From contig CAZJVM010000016.1 in NCBI GenBank assembly GCA_964549305.1, positions 1-48,099 of the forward strand: 48,099 nucleotides of DNA, written 5' to 3'. How positions within the stretch are numbered: the first letter of the stretch is position 1; the number at the start of each line of letters is the position of its first letter. Both the position numbers and the translations under genes were made by a program. The notes beneath the pieces are model-generated. The model worked only from the letters and a program-made list of their open reading frames with translations, ran no database searches and was not told the origin of the DNA. Shown here piece by piece: positions 40,203 through 48,099 of this stretch. The DNA is from an uncultured bacterium (GTDB taxonomy: Bacteria; Schekmanbacteria; GWA2-38-11; J061).

Positions 40203-42923
40203 ATGAAAAGTAAAATTTTAAAAGCGGGAATAGTTGTTTTGGTTCTTTTGATTATTTTCGCTTCCCTTTCGGCGTATTTTCTTAAAACTCTTGCCCAACC
40301 GGAAAATATAAAAAAGTATATCATTCCCACAGTGAGCGAATACATTGGAAAGGAAGTCAGCGTGGAAGATGTTGAAATCGGACTCTTTACGGGGATATCG
40401 CTTAAAGGCGCAAGCATAAAGGAAGATCCCCTTTTCGGTAAAGGCGATTTTATTAAAATAGAAAGCGCTGTGCTGAATTTCAGCTTTCTTGAACTTCTGC
40501 AAAGGAAACTCATTTTAAAGAATGTTTATTTCAAAGAACCGACAGTGACAATCATAAAAAATGCCGGAGGGAAATTTAATTTTGAGGGGATGTTTGAAAA
40601 TTCCGCAAGAAAGGAACCGACTGAAAAGAAGAGAACAGATTCACAAAAGCGTGAAGATAAAGAAGAACAACCTTTTTCACTCAGTATACAAAAGATAATT
40701 ATAAAAGATGCCGAAATTCTCTTTATTGATAAAAGTACAGGTACAGAAGAGAAGCAATATAAGGTCAGCAATCTTGATATTGCCGTTAAAGGGGAATTAG
40801 GGGAAGGAAAGCTGATTGTTGATGCCGGTGCAGTGATTGATGTTGCAGGTGATATGGGAGCATTTCCTTTAAATATCAAAGGCAGTGCGGATTTAAAAAG
40901 TAAAAATTATTCCTTTGATTTGAAAACAGGAGAAATAAACGCCTATGCTCTTGCCAATGCTCTTTCTCCTCAAAGCGCAGAAGAGTTGCTTCCCTTTAAA
41001 AATGCAACCGTAAAAAGTGCAGTGAAGATGAATTCACCTGATTATGAGAAGGAAATTAAAATTGAAGGCATCATATCATTTGACATTTTCAGGGATAGTA
41101 TAAAAATTCCGCTTTCCCTGAATCTCGCTTCCCTTTCAGAAAACCCTGATTCCGATTTCAAAGCAAGCGTAGAGAAAGCATCGCTTCTGACTCTCTATAA
41201 ACTGTTTCCCGATTCACAGAGAGAAAACAAAGATTCGTTGAAGATAAAGGAAGGGAATGTATCAGGTGAAATATCATACAAAGGGAAAGCGGACTCCGTT
41301 GATATTTCAAGAGTCAGGGGGAAAATGCTTCTGGAAAAAGTCAAATGCACTATTCCTGCTTACAATGACATTCCCGTGAATGTTTCCGCCGAAGCATCAT
41401 TTGATGGGAAAAAAATAAATATCAAAACAAGCGATTTTAAAATAGGCGAATCGGTTGTCACCTTAAAAGCGGAATCGGACATATCGGGAGAAAATATTGA
41501 TAATCCTCCTGTCGATGCAACTGTAACATTCGAGAGGACTTCAATTGCGGCAATAACCAATCTGCTTCCTGAATCAGCGCTCGGGGAAATGAAATCTGTA
41601 AAAATAAAAAGCGGTTTTTTGTCAGGTAAAATGTCTTGTAAAGGCAAAAGCAACGATATCGGTTTGGATGTGGTGAGCGGAAATATCAACATCGAGGAGT
41701 TTAAAGCGATGCTTGCCGACTATAAAAATATTCCCGTTGAAGTATCCGCGGGAGTTTCCTTTGAACGAGGCAAAATAGGCATAAAATCAGACAAATTGAA
41801 AATCGGGAATTCCGAAATCGCTTTGCAGTCTTCGGCACTGTTACCGGACAAAAAAAATCCTCTAAAGGCAAATATCAGTGCAGATGCGCTACTAATTGAT
41901 GCAGATGAAATTTTAGAAAGTTTTTCCCCCGATGAAGAAAACTCTCCGCGGGATAAGAAAGATAATGTAAAGAAGGAGAAAGATTCCGTTGTCCCGGGCG
42001 AAGACGATTCTTCAGACAAAGATATCCCCTTGGATGCTGTTTTCCATATTACGGCGGTAAGAATAAAATATAGCGGAATGCCTTTGAGCAACCTAAAAAT
42101 AACCGGAGAATATAATAACAATATTCTGAACATTGCAGATATGAGAATTGATTTGGGGAACGGGAAAGTTGCATCGAAAGATGAAATACATTTAGGCAAA
42201 CCAAAAGGTAAAAGCAAAGGCACAGTCACTGCCGAAGGCATTGCACTGCAAGATCTTAAACCTCTCCTTTTCAGCAATTTCAAAGGCAATGCAAGGGGAC
42301 TGATTTCTGCAAGGTGCGATTATTCGGCAAAGGGCACGGATAGCGGGGTTTTTAAGAAAAGTTTGGCGGCAAAGGGTAATTTTATTGTTAAAAATATTGA
42401 ATTGTCGGAAGTGAAGTTTCTTGATAAAACTGCATCGATTCTCGGTACCGATGACCTTAAAAATGTGAGTTTTAAAGAAGGTATTTGTGATTTTACAGTG
42501 GAAGGTGAAGAGATTGACTACAAAGGATTTAAACTAACCGGTCAAAAGATTAAAATAACTTCTGACGGAGAAGTAAAATTCACAGGCGAAATAAAGGCAG
42601 ATGCGCTTTTAAGCCTTTCTCCTGAAATTTCGGGGGGAATTTATAAAGGCGGACTTCTTCAGGAGATTATGGGGAACAGGAAAGGATGGATATCAGTACC
42701 GCTTAAATTTTCAGGCACTACTGATTCTCCGAAAATTGGACTGGAAAGAAAAGCGGTTCAAAAGCAGGTTGTCGAGAAAGGAAAGGATGCTCTTAAAAAA
42801 GAGCTTGAGAAAATTCTTAAGGGAAATCAGAAGAAAAATAAAGCCAGGAGAAAGAATAAAAATAATAAAAAAGATGATTCAATCAACAAAGGCTTAAAGG
42901 TGTTAGAAGGTTTTTTTAAATAG
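40203..42923 (+). CDS. AsmA-family protein
   Basis: N-terminal TM anchor, AsmA-like start, beta-rich body, C-terminal VPLKFSGTTDSPK + helical tail. Confidence 0.78.
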   Translation: MKSKILKAGIVVLVLLIIFASLSAYFLKTLAQPENIKKYIIPTVSEYIGKEVSVEDVEIGLFTGISLKGASIKEDPLFGKGDFIKIESAVLNFSFLELLQRKLILKNVYFKEPTVTIIKNAGGKFNFEGMFENSARKEPTEKKRTDSQKREDKEEQPFSLSIQKIIIKDAEILFIDKSTGTEEKQYKVSNLDIAVKGELGEGKLIVDAGAVIDVAGDMGAFPLNIKGSADLKSKNYSFDLKTGEINAYALANALSPQSAEELLPFKNATVKSAVKMNSPDYEKEIKIEGIISFDIFRDSIKIPLSLNLASLSENPDSDFKASVEKASLLTLYKLFPDSQRENKDSLKIKEGNVSGEISYKGKADSVDISRVRGKMLLEKVKCTIPAYNDIPVNVSAEASFDGKKINIKTSDFKIGESVVTLKAESDISGENIDNPPVDATVTFERTSIAAITNLLPESALGEMKSVKIKSGFLSGKMSCKGKSNDIGLDVVSGNINIEEFKAMLADYKNIPVEVSAGVSFERGKIGIKSDKLKIGNSEIALQSSALLPDKKNPLKANISADALLIDADEILESFSPDEENSPRDKKDNVKKEKDSVVPGEDDSSDKDIPLDAVFHITAVRIKYSGMPLSNLKITGEYNNNILNIADMRIDLGNGKVASKDEIHLGKPKGKSKGTVTAEGIALQDLKPLLFSNFKGNARGLISARCDYSAKGTDSGVFKKSLAAKGNFIVKNIELSEVKFLDKTASILGTDDLKNVSFKEGICDFTVEGEEIDYKGFKLTGQKIKITSDGEVKFTGEIKADALLSLSPEISGGIYKGGLLQEIMGNRKGWISVPLKFSGTTDSPKIGLERKAVQKQVVEKGKDALKKELEKILKGNQKKNKARRKNKNNKKDDSINKGLKVLEGFFK
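41154..41873 (+). repeat. Two tandem ~120-aa internal repeats within AsmA-like gene
   Basis: KIKEGNVSGEISYKGK..IPVNVSA..SF..KI.IK..KIGES versus KIKSGFLSGKMSCKGK..IPVEVSA..SF..KI.IK..KIGNS, offset 360 nt. Confidence 0.75.
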
Positions 42924-43252
42924 TCGAATTTTAGATTTTCTTCTCTATTTGTATTATCTTTGTTTAATGTTTTCCCTCCGGAAAGTCTTTACCTGAAGTG
43001 ATTTTACGCCTGCAAAATGTATTTTGACCGCGGGGAAAGTTGTTTTCCTTAATGCGCAGTCAAACTCTTTTTTTTGCTTTGAAACTGTTTTTCTTAATGC
43101 TTTTTTGACGAGCTCTGCAAAACCTGAAAAAAGAAAATAAAAGAGGTAACTTTTACTTGACAAAAAATGACAATTCGGACAATAGAGACACTGTGTTCGA
43201 AAAAAAAGATACGATTTAAAACCAGGAATGAGGAAACTTAAGGAGGTAAAGT

Positions 43253-44791
43253 ATGCCCGAGAAAATTCCAGCCAAGGTGGATTATATCAAACCTCTCGAG
43301 GACAAACCGTACAGCGAAGTCACCGCTGAAAAAAAGAATTATCACGAAGACATCAAGAAAAAGCTTGCCGGTATTGTCGGAAAATCCAATGTAAAGGATG
43401 ATGATGAAACGAGAGAAAAGTATTCAAGTGATGTGAGTCTTTCAAAACCGAGAAGGCCTTCCTTTGTGGTATTTCCCAAAGATGCCGAACAGATTTGCAA
43501 TGTGGTAAAGCTTGCAAACGAAGAAAATATGCCTGTAATCCCTGTAAGTTCTGGGACACACAATTACGGCGCGGCAATACCTGAAATGGGCGGTATTGTT
43601 GTTGACCTTTCGGGGTGGAAGAAAATTTTCAGCATTGACCATCGCAACAGGGCAACGAGAATTCAGCCCGGAGTGAACTATGACGAACTTCAGGAAGCTT
43701 TGGCAAAAGAAGGGCTTCGCGCTCTTATGCCTTTTCTTCCGAGAAAAGACCAGTCAGTAGTAACAGCGCATCTTGAGGCGCATCCTATGGCAGTGCAGGA
43801 ATTTTGTTACAGCGAACCTCTTTATACATCCGAGATTGTTATGCCAAAGGGCGAAATATTCAGAACCGGTTCCGCGGCACCTGCTCCTCCCGAGGACATT
43901 AATACGGATATGGTAGGTCCCTGGGGCCCCGGATTTGACTGGAACAGGCTTTATTCCAGAGCTCAGGGAAGTCTTGGGGTCGTAACCTGGGCGAATATAA
44001 TGGCGGAACCTCTTCCCGTTAAGGAAAAGATCTATTTCACGCCTTTTGAATGTATAGACGAACTCACCAATTTCACCTACAAGGTTTTGAGGAAATGGAT
44101 TGGCTACGAATGTTTTGCCCTTAACAAGTCAAATCTCGCCGCAATTCTTACAGATAACAGGGAAGACTACGCAAGCCTTAAAAAGAAACTTCCCGAGTAT
44201 GTACAAATTTTCTGCATAGGCGGATTGAAGAGACTTCCCGATGAAAGAATTGAATATCAGGAAGCCGATTTCCTCGAAACCGCTCAGGCAAACGGAGCAA
44301 TGCCCGAACTTACCATTACCTCAGCGCCGAATGCCACGTCATTCTTTTCAAAGAATCTGCGCCGTTGCTGGGATAAGGAGGTTTACTGGAAGGATGCTCC
44401 CAAAGGAGCGAGTTCTGACATTTTCTTCCTGACAATTATGGAAAATGCCGGAAAATTCAAAAAAATAATGATGGAAGAAGCAGTGAAAGCAGATTATTCC
44501 ACTGCCGATATCGGAATCTACTTACAGCCAATAGAAACGGGGCGCGCGGCGCATCTGGAATTTAACATTCCTTATAATCCGGAAGACAAGGAAGAGTGTT
44601 GTCTTGTTTCAAAGCTTCACGAAGAGGCAAGCAAAAAGATGTATGCGGCAGGTGCTCATTTTACCCGTGCTTACGGCAAATGGTCAGAAATGGTAAACGG
44701 CGCAAACGCGATTCAGCATAAGACAGCCAAAACAATTAAGGACTACCTGGATCCTAATGGGATAATGAACCCGGGGAAACTTGGATTATAA
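43253..44791 (+). CDS. FAD-binding oxidoreductase (VAO/PCMH/GlcD superfamily)
   Basis: VVFP..EQI..VKLAN..PVIPVSSG, GGIVVDLS, IQPGV, QGSLGVVT, DPNGIMNPGK; AGGAGG RBS. Confidence 0.88.
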   Translation: MPEKIPAKVDYIKPLEDKPYSEVTAEKKNYHEDIKKKLAGIVGKSNVKDDDETREKYSSDVSLSKPRRPSFVVFPKDAEQICNVVKLANEENMPVIPVSSGTHNYGAAIPEMGGIVVDLSGWKKIFSIDHRNRATRIQPGVNYDELQEALAKEGLRALMPFLPRKDQSVVTAHLEAHPMAVQEFCYSEPLYTSEIVMPKGEIFRTGSAAPAPPEDINTDMVGPWGPGFDWNRLYSRAQGSLGVVTWANIMAEPLPVKEKIYFTPFECIDELTNFTYKVLRKWIGYECFALNKSNLAAILTDNREDYASLKKKLPEYVQIFCIGGLKRLPDERIEYQEADFLETAQANGAMPELTITSAPNATSFFSKNLRRCWDKEVYWKDAPKGASSDIFFLTIMENAGKFKKIMMEEAVKADYSTADIGIYLQPIETGRAAHLEFNIPYNPEDKEECCLVSKLHEEASKKMYAAGAHFTRAYGKWSEMVNGANAIQHKTAKTIKDYLDPNGIMNPGKLGL

Positions 44792-44817
44792 AAACGAAGG
44801 GAAATGGAGGAGTATAA

Positions 44818-46092
44818 ATGAGCAATAAAGAAGGCCTTGAAAAATACAGATGGGACCTTGTCAACTGTGAAAGATGCTCTATGTGCAAATGGGTCCATCC
44901 CTGGAGTGTAAAGAGCAAGGAAAGGGCAAAAATATGTCCTTCAAATCAGATGTATAAGTATGATGCCTATTCGGCGCAGGGCAGATTCGACCTTGCAAGA
45001 GCTTTGCTTGAAGGCGAAATTGAAATTACCGATAAAGTTCTTGAAATCATTTATACCTGCACGCTTTGCGGCGGGTGTGATGTGACATGCAAATTTACGA
45101 GAGATATGGAACCCCTCGAAATTCTTCACGAACTGAGAAACTATGTGGTTAAAGAAGGCAAAGGTCCCCTGCCGGAACATATGCCCGCAGTTGAAAGCAT
45201 TCAGAAAAACAGCAATCCCTGGCAGCAACCTAAAACAAGACGTGGAAACTGGGCAAGAAAACTTAAGGTGAAAGACCTTAACAAAGAAAAAGCGGAAGTG
45301 CTCTACTTTGCCGGATGTACTTATTCCTATAATGCCGATCTTCAGAAAGTAGCCCAATCAACTCTCAAAATACTGCAGAAGGCAGGTGTTGACGTTGGAA
45401 TTCTTGGCAACAACGAACAGTGCTGCGCGAGTCCCGTTCTGAAAGTCGGGATGGAAGATGCATTTGTTGAAGTGGCCAATAAAAATATAAAAACTTTTAA
45501 TGATCTGGGAGTAAAGACGGTTATAACTTCCTGCTCGGGTTGTTACGGAGCTTTTCAGGGACATTATCCCGGAGTTGGCGAAAGAAAATACGAAGTCTAT
45601 CAGGCAATGCAGTATTTCGATAAACTTCTTCAGGAAGGAAAACTGAAGTTCAAGAACAAAGTTGATATAAAAGTTACCTGGCATGATCCCTGCCATCTCG
45701 GAAGAGGCGGCGAACCCGAAGACCTTTGGGAAGGCAAAAGGACAAAGTGGGGCCTTTCCGATCCTCCCAGAGAAAGAAACTACGGAGACAAGGGAGTTTA
45801 TGACCCGCCGAGAAATGTTCTCAACGCAATTCCGGGAGTGGAACTCGTCGAGATGGAAAGAATCAGAGAGTTCTCCTGGTGCTGTGGAGCAGGCGGTGGC
45901 GTAAGGTCTGCTTTTCCTGATTTTGCAATGTTTTCCGCAAGAGAGAGAATCGATGAAGCAAAATCTACAGGTGCTGAGGCATTGGTTTCGTCCTGTCCTT
46001 GGTGTGAATCAAACCTATCGGATGCGATCAAAGCTGATGGTAATAAAATAAAGATGTTAAGCCTTGTTGAATTGGTTGAAAAAGCTTTATAA
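44818..46092 (+). CDS. Fe-S oxidoreductase subunit (GlpC/HdrD/GlcF-like; 2x4Fe-4S + two CCG domains)
   Basis: CERCSMC..CP, CTLCGGCDVTC, YFAGC..CCA..CSGC, HDPCHLGR..CCGAGGG..CPWC. Confidence 0.9.
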   Translation: MSNKEGLEKYRWDLVNCERCSMCKWVHPWSVKSKERAKICPSNQMYKYDAYSAQGRFDLARALLEGEIEITDKVLEIIYTCTLCGGCDVTCKFTRDMEPLEILHELRNYVVKEGKGPLPEHMPAVESIQKNSNPWQQPKTRRGNWARKLKVKDLNKEKAEVLYFAGCTYSYNADLQKVAQSTLKILQKAGVDVGILGNNEQCCASPVLKVGMEDAFVEVANKNIKTFNDLGVKTVITSCSGCYGAFQGHYPGVGERKYEVYQAMQYFDKLLQEGKLKFKNKVDIKVTWHDPCHLGRGGEPEDLWEGKRTKWGLSDPPRERNYGDKGVYDPPRNVLNAIPGVELVEMERIREFSWCCGAGGGVRSAFPDFAMFSARERIDEAKSTGAEALVSSCPWCESNLSDAIKADGNKIKMLSLVELVEKAL

Positions 46093-46113
46093 AAAGCAGG
46101 GAGGAAGAATAAT

Positions 46114-47685
46114 ATGAGTTTACCAAAAGGGGCATATGAGGCGCTTGAAAATGTCCTCGGAAAAGAAAATATAAACGACGATCCGGCTCTCACTTCGGCA
46201 TACAGCTATATGTGGTTGCTACACGCCACGCACGCTCAGTCCGGAAGATACAGGCCTGCGGCAATCGTTCTGCCTGAAAGTACCGAAGAAGTTCAGGCTA
46301 TTATCAGGATTGCGAACAAATACAATTTTCCATATATTCCCGTAGGAACAAATCTTTTACCGCCTACAATTCCTGTTCGTCCGGACACCATTATCATTGA
46401 CCCCAAGAGAATGGACAAAATCATTGAACTCGATGAAAAGAATATGTACGCAATCGTGGAACCTTTTGTTACCTATGCTCAGCTTCAGGCAGAGGGACAT
46501 AAGGTCGGACTTTCAATAACGACTCCTGAAGCAGGTTCGCAGGTTTCTGTTATGGCGAACAATCTTTTCCAGGGAATGGGCGGAATGGGACACAAATACG
46601 GTTTCAACCGCGGAATTCTTGCCTGCGACTGGGTGCTTCCCGACGGAGAGCTTCTTAAAATGGGTTCATCGGGAAATCCCAATGCGGAATTCTTTTGGGG
46701 CGACTGCGCCGGACTAAATTTAAAAGGCCTTATAAGGGCGGACACTGGACATTGCGGCGGACTCGGTATGGTTACCAAGATGGCAGTAAAGCTTTTTCCT
46801 TATCCTGGACCGAGAGTATTTCCGGTAAAGGGTGCAAATCCGGATTTTTCCGTAGATTTCCCCAAAGACCGCTTCAAAATCAATCTTGTTAAGTTCAAGA
46901 CAAAAAAAGAACTTGCCAACGCAATGTACGATATAGGCCATTCCGAGATTGCAGGCGCAGTCCATGAAGAAGGCGCAAACTGGGTGCTTGCAGCGGACAG
47001 CAGGTCGGTTGAGCAGTTCTGGGAGAGATGGCCTGAATTTCAGCATAAATGGAAGAACATTCTTGCGGTAACCTTGATGGGGTTTTCATCTCCGAGACAG
47101 CTTCAGTATGAGCAGAAAGTCCTTGACCAGATTGTCGAGGACCACGAAGGCACTTATCTTGAAGAGGGTTCGGAACTTTGGAATATCGGCCATCACGCAA
47201 TTGGCGAGGCAATCAGATGCGGGTTGTCCAACAGACTTTACAGACCGGCAGGCGACTTCTTTGTTATGGGTGGTTTTGGATTCGACTCAATCGATCACAC
47301 CATCGAGACAAGCGAATTTATGTGGCCCATAATCGAAGAGGCTTACAAGAAGGGTCATTTTGTTGAAGACTTAAGCCATACTGACTGGGTTAACTCCTAT
47401 CAGATGTGCCACTTTTCGGAAGTTGAACCGATTATTTACTTTGAACACGATTTAGATGCCGGAGCAAGCTTCCTGAATGGCTATGTTCAGACAATAGTAG
47501 AAGCGGTAAAGAGAAAAATGATGCCTACATGGCCTCTTGGACCAATGACATACTTAACAGGACCTTCAATGTGCAACTATCACGAAATGGTCCTCAACAT
47601 AAAGAAACTTATGGATCCGAGAATGACATCGAATCCGGGTTATCCTCTGCCTGAGGAAAATCCTTTTCCACCACCGGAAGAGTAA
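46114..47685 (+). CDS. Second FAD-binding oxidoreductase (VAO/PCMH superfamily)
   Basis: IVLPESTEEVQ, KRMDKIIELD..YAIVEPFVT, WVLPDGE, GLGMVTKM, DPRMTSNPG. Confidence 0.85.
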   Translation: MSLPKGAYEALENVLGKENINDDPALTSAYSYMWLLHATHAQSGRYRPAAIVLPESTEEVQAIIRIANKYNFPYIPVGTNLLPPTIPVRPDTIIIDPKRMDKIIELDEKNMYAIVEPFVTYAQLQAEGHKVGLSITTPEAGSQVSVMANNLFQGMGGMGHKYGFNRGILACDWVLPDGELLKMGSSGNPNAEFFWGDCAGLNLKGLIRADTGHCGGLGMVTKMAVKLFPYPGPRVFPVKGANPDFSVDFPKDRFKINLVKFKTKKELANAMYDIGHSEIAGAVHEEGANWVLAADSRSVEQFWERWPEFQHKWKNILAVTLMGFSSPRQLQYEQKVLDQIVEDHEGTYLEEGSELWNIGHHAIGEAIRCGLSNRLYRPAGDFFVMGGFGFDSIDHTIETSEFMWPIIEEAYKKGHFVEDLSHTDWVNSYQMCHFSEVEPIIYFEHDLDAGASFLNGYVQTIVEAVKRKMMPTWPLGPMTYLTGPSMCNYHEMVLNIKKLMDPRMTSNPGYPLPEENPFPPPEE

Positions 47686-47710
47686 GTTTAAATTAAAAAG
47701 AGTAAATTTT

Positions 47711-47745
47711 AGGAGAGAGGTTATTTGTCCTCTCTCCTTTTTTTT
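47711..47745 (+). terminator. Intrinsic terminator of oxidoreductase operon
   Basis: Perfect 10-bp stem AGGAGAGAGG/CCTCTCTCCT, 8-nt loop, T-run. Confidence 0.88.
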
Positions 47746-47790
47746 GATATGTTGAGGTTTATAACAAAACTAAATATCAGTTTATGTTAA

Positions 47791-48099
47791 ATGGCACTTA
47801 TTAAAATCGAAAAAATAAAACTCCGAGAAGATGAGCGCGGTTTTTCGGCAAAACCGCTTGATGAAAAACTGCTTAAAGACGGCAAGGCCCTGAATCTCCA
47901 CATTGTCAGTATGAATCCGGGAGCAGTGCGCGGCAATCATTATCACAAGAAGCAGGAGGAAAAAATCTGGATTATAGGAGGACCCTGTTTTATAACTGCG
48001 AAAAACAGGGAAGAAGGCGAAATTGAAGAAATAGAAGTAAGCCCCGGCAATGAAACCATATTGACAATAATTCCGGGCATAACTCACGCAATTAAAAAT
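47791..48099 (+). CDS. RmlC-like cupin protein (FdtA/WxcM/CapF-like), runs off window end
   Basis: Manual translation MALIKIEKIKLREDERGF...PGAVRGNHYH...IPGITHAIKN; no stop within window. Confidence 0.78.
   Translation, partial: MALIKIEKIKLREDERGFSAKPLDEKLLKDGKALNLHIVSMNPGAVRGNHYHKKQEEKIWIIGGPCFITAKNREEGEIEEIEVSPGNETILTIIPGITHAIKN

Noticed and set aside
42954..43163. 69-aa minus-strand ORF containing ALRKT twice (short direct repeat near 43041 and 43086)
   Set aside because: No RBS or domain; its start codon coincides with a TTGACA element; the repeat is short and AT-rich
145..47366. Numerous antisense or off-frame ORFs in the track (e.g. 13447-13980, 27508-27960, 41720-42289)
   Set aside because: They overlap well-supported genes and show no recognisable motifs; treated as shadow ORFs
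47782..48087. 101-aa minus-strand ORF
   Set aside because: The plus strand encodes a clear cupin ORF running off the window end
1..48099. CRISPR arrays, tRNA/rRNA, IS/transposases, integrases, defence or toxin-antitoxin systems
   Set aside because: No regular repeat-spacer pattern, cloverleaf or relevant protein motifs seen; intergenic gaps are all under about 400 bp

Overview
A 48 kb bacterial chromosomal window, mostly housekeeping genes. LptD, an AsmA-like protein, a multiheme cytochrome and many Fe-S proteins suggest a diderm, probably anaerobic organism with Deltaproteobacteria/Nitrospinota-like gene order (taxonomy is inference only). Recognisable blocks: mscS; a sulfite-reductase-like Fe-S protein; folC-lptD; fabD-fabG-acpP-rnc-radical SAM-cobO-ileS; an orphan PilB/GspE-type ATPase (MshEN-like N-terminus, double zinc ribbon) paired with a membrane HD-GYP protein; an NtrC-family regulator; YfhO-like/tlyA; hisS; nadK-recN; argS-split SPOR-pentaheme cytochrome; orphan oppF; tsaC; rpmH-rnpA-yidD-yidC-jag-[MCP]-mnmE-AsmA; a FAD/Fe-S/FAD oxidoreductase triad with a terminator; and a partial cupin gene. 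I saw no rRNA, tRNA, CRISPR array, IS or prophage. I cannot demonstrate a new system. The best candidates for follow-up are the ATPase + HD-GYP module, the flavoprotein triad, a divergent RNase III behind a long hairpin, and the sulfite-reductase-like protein. All family assignments come from motif recognition by eye, not database searches.
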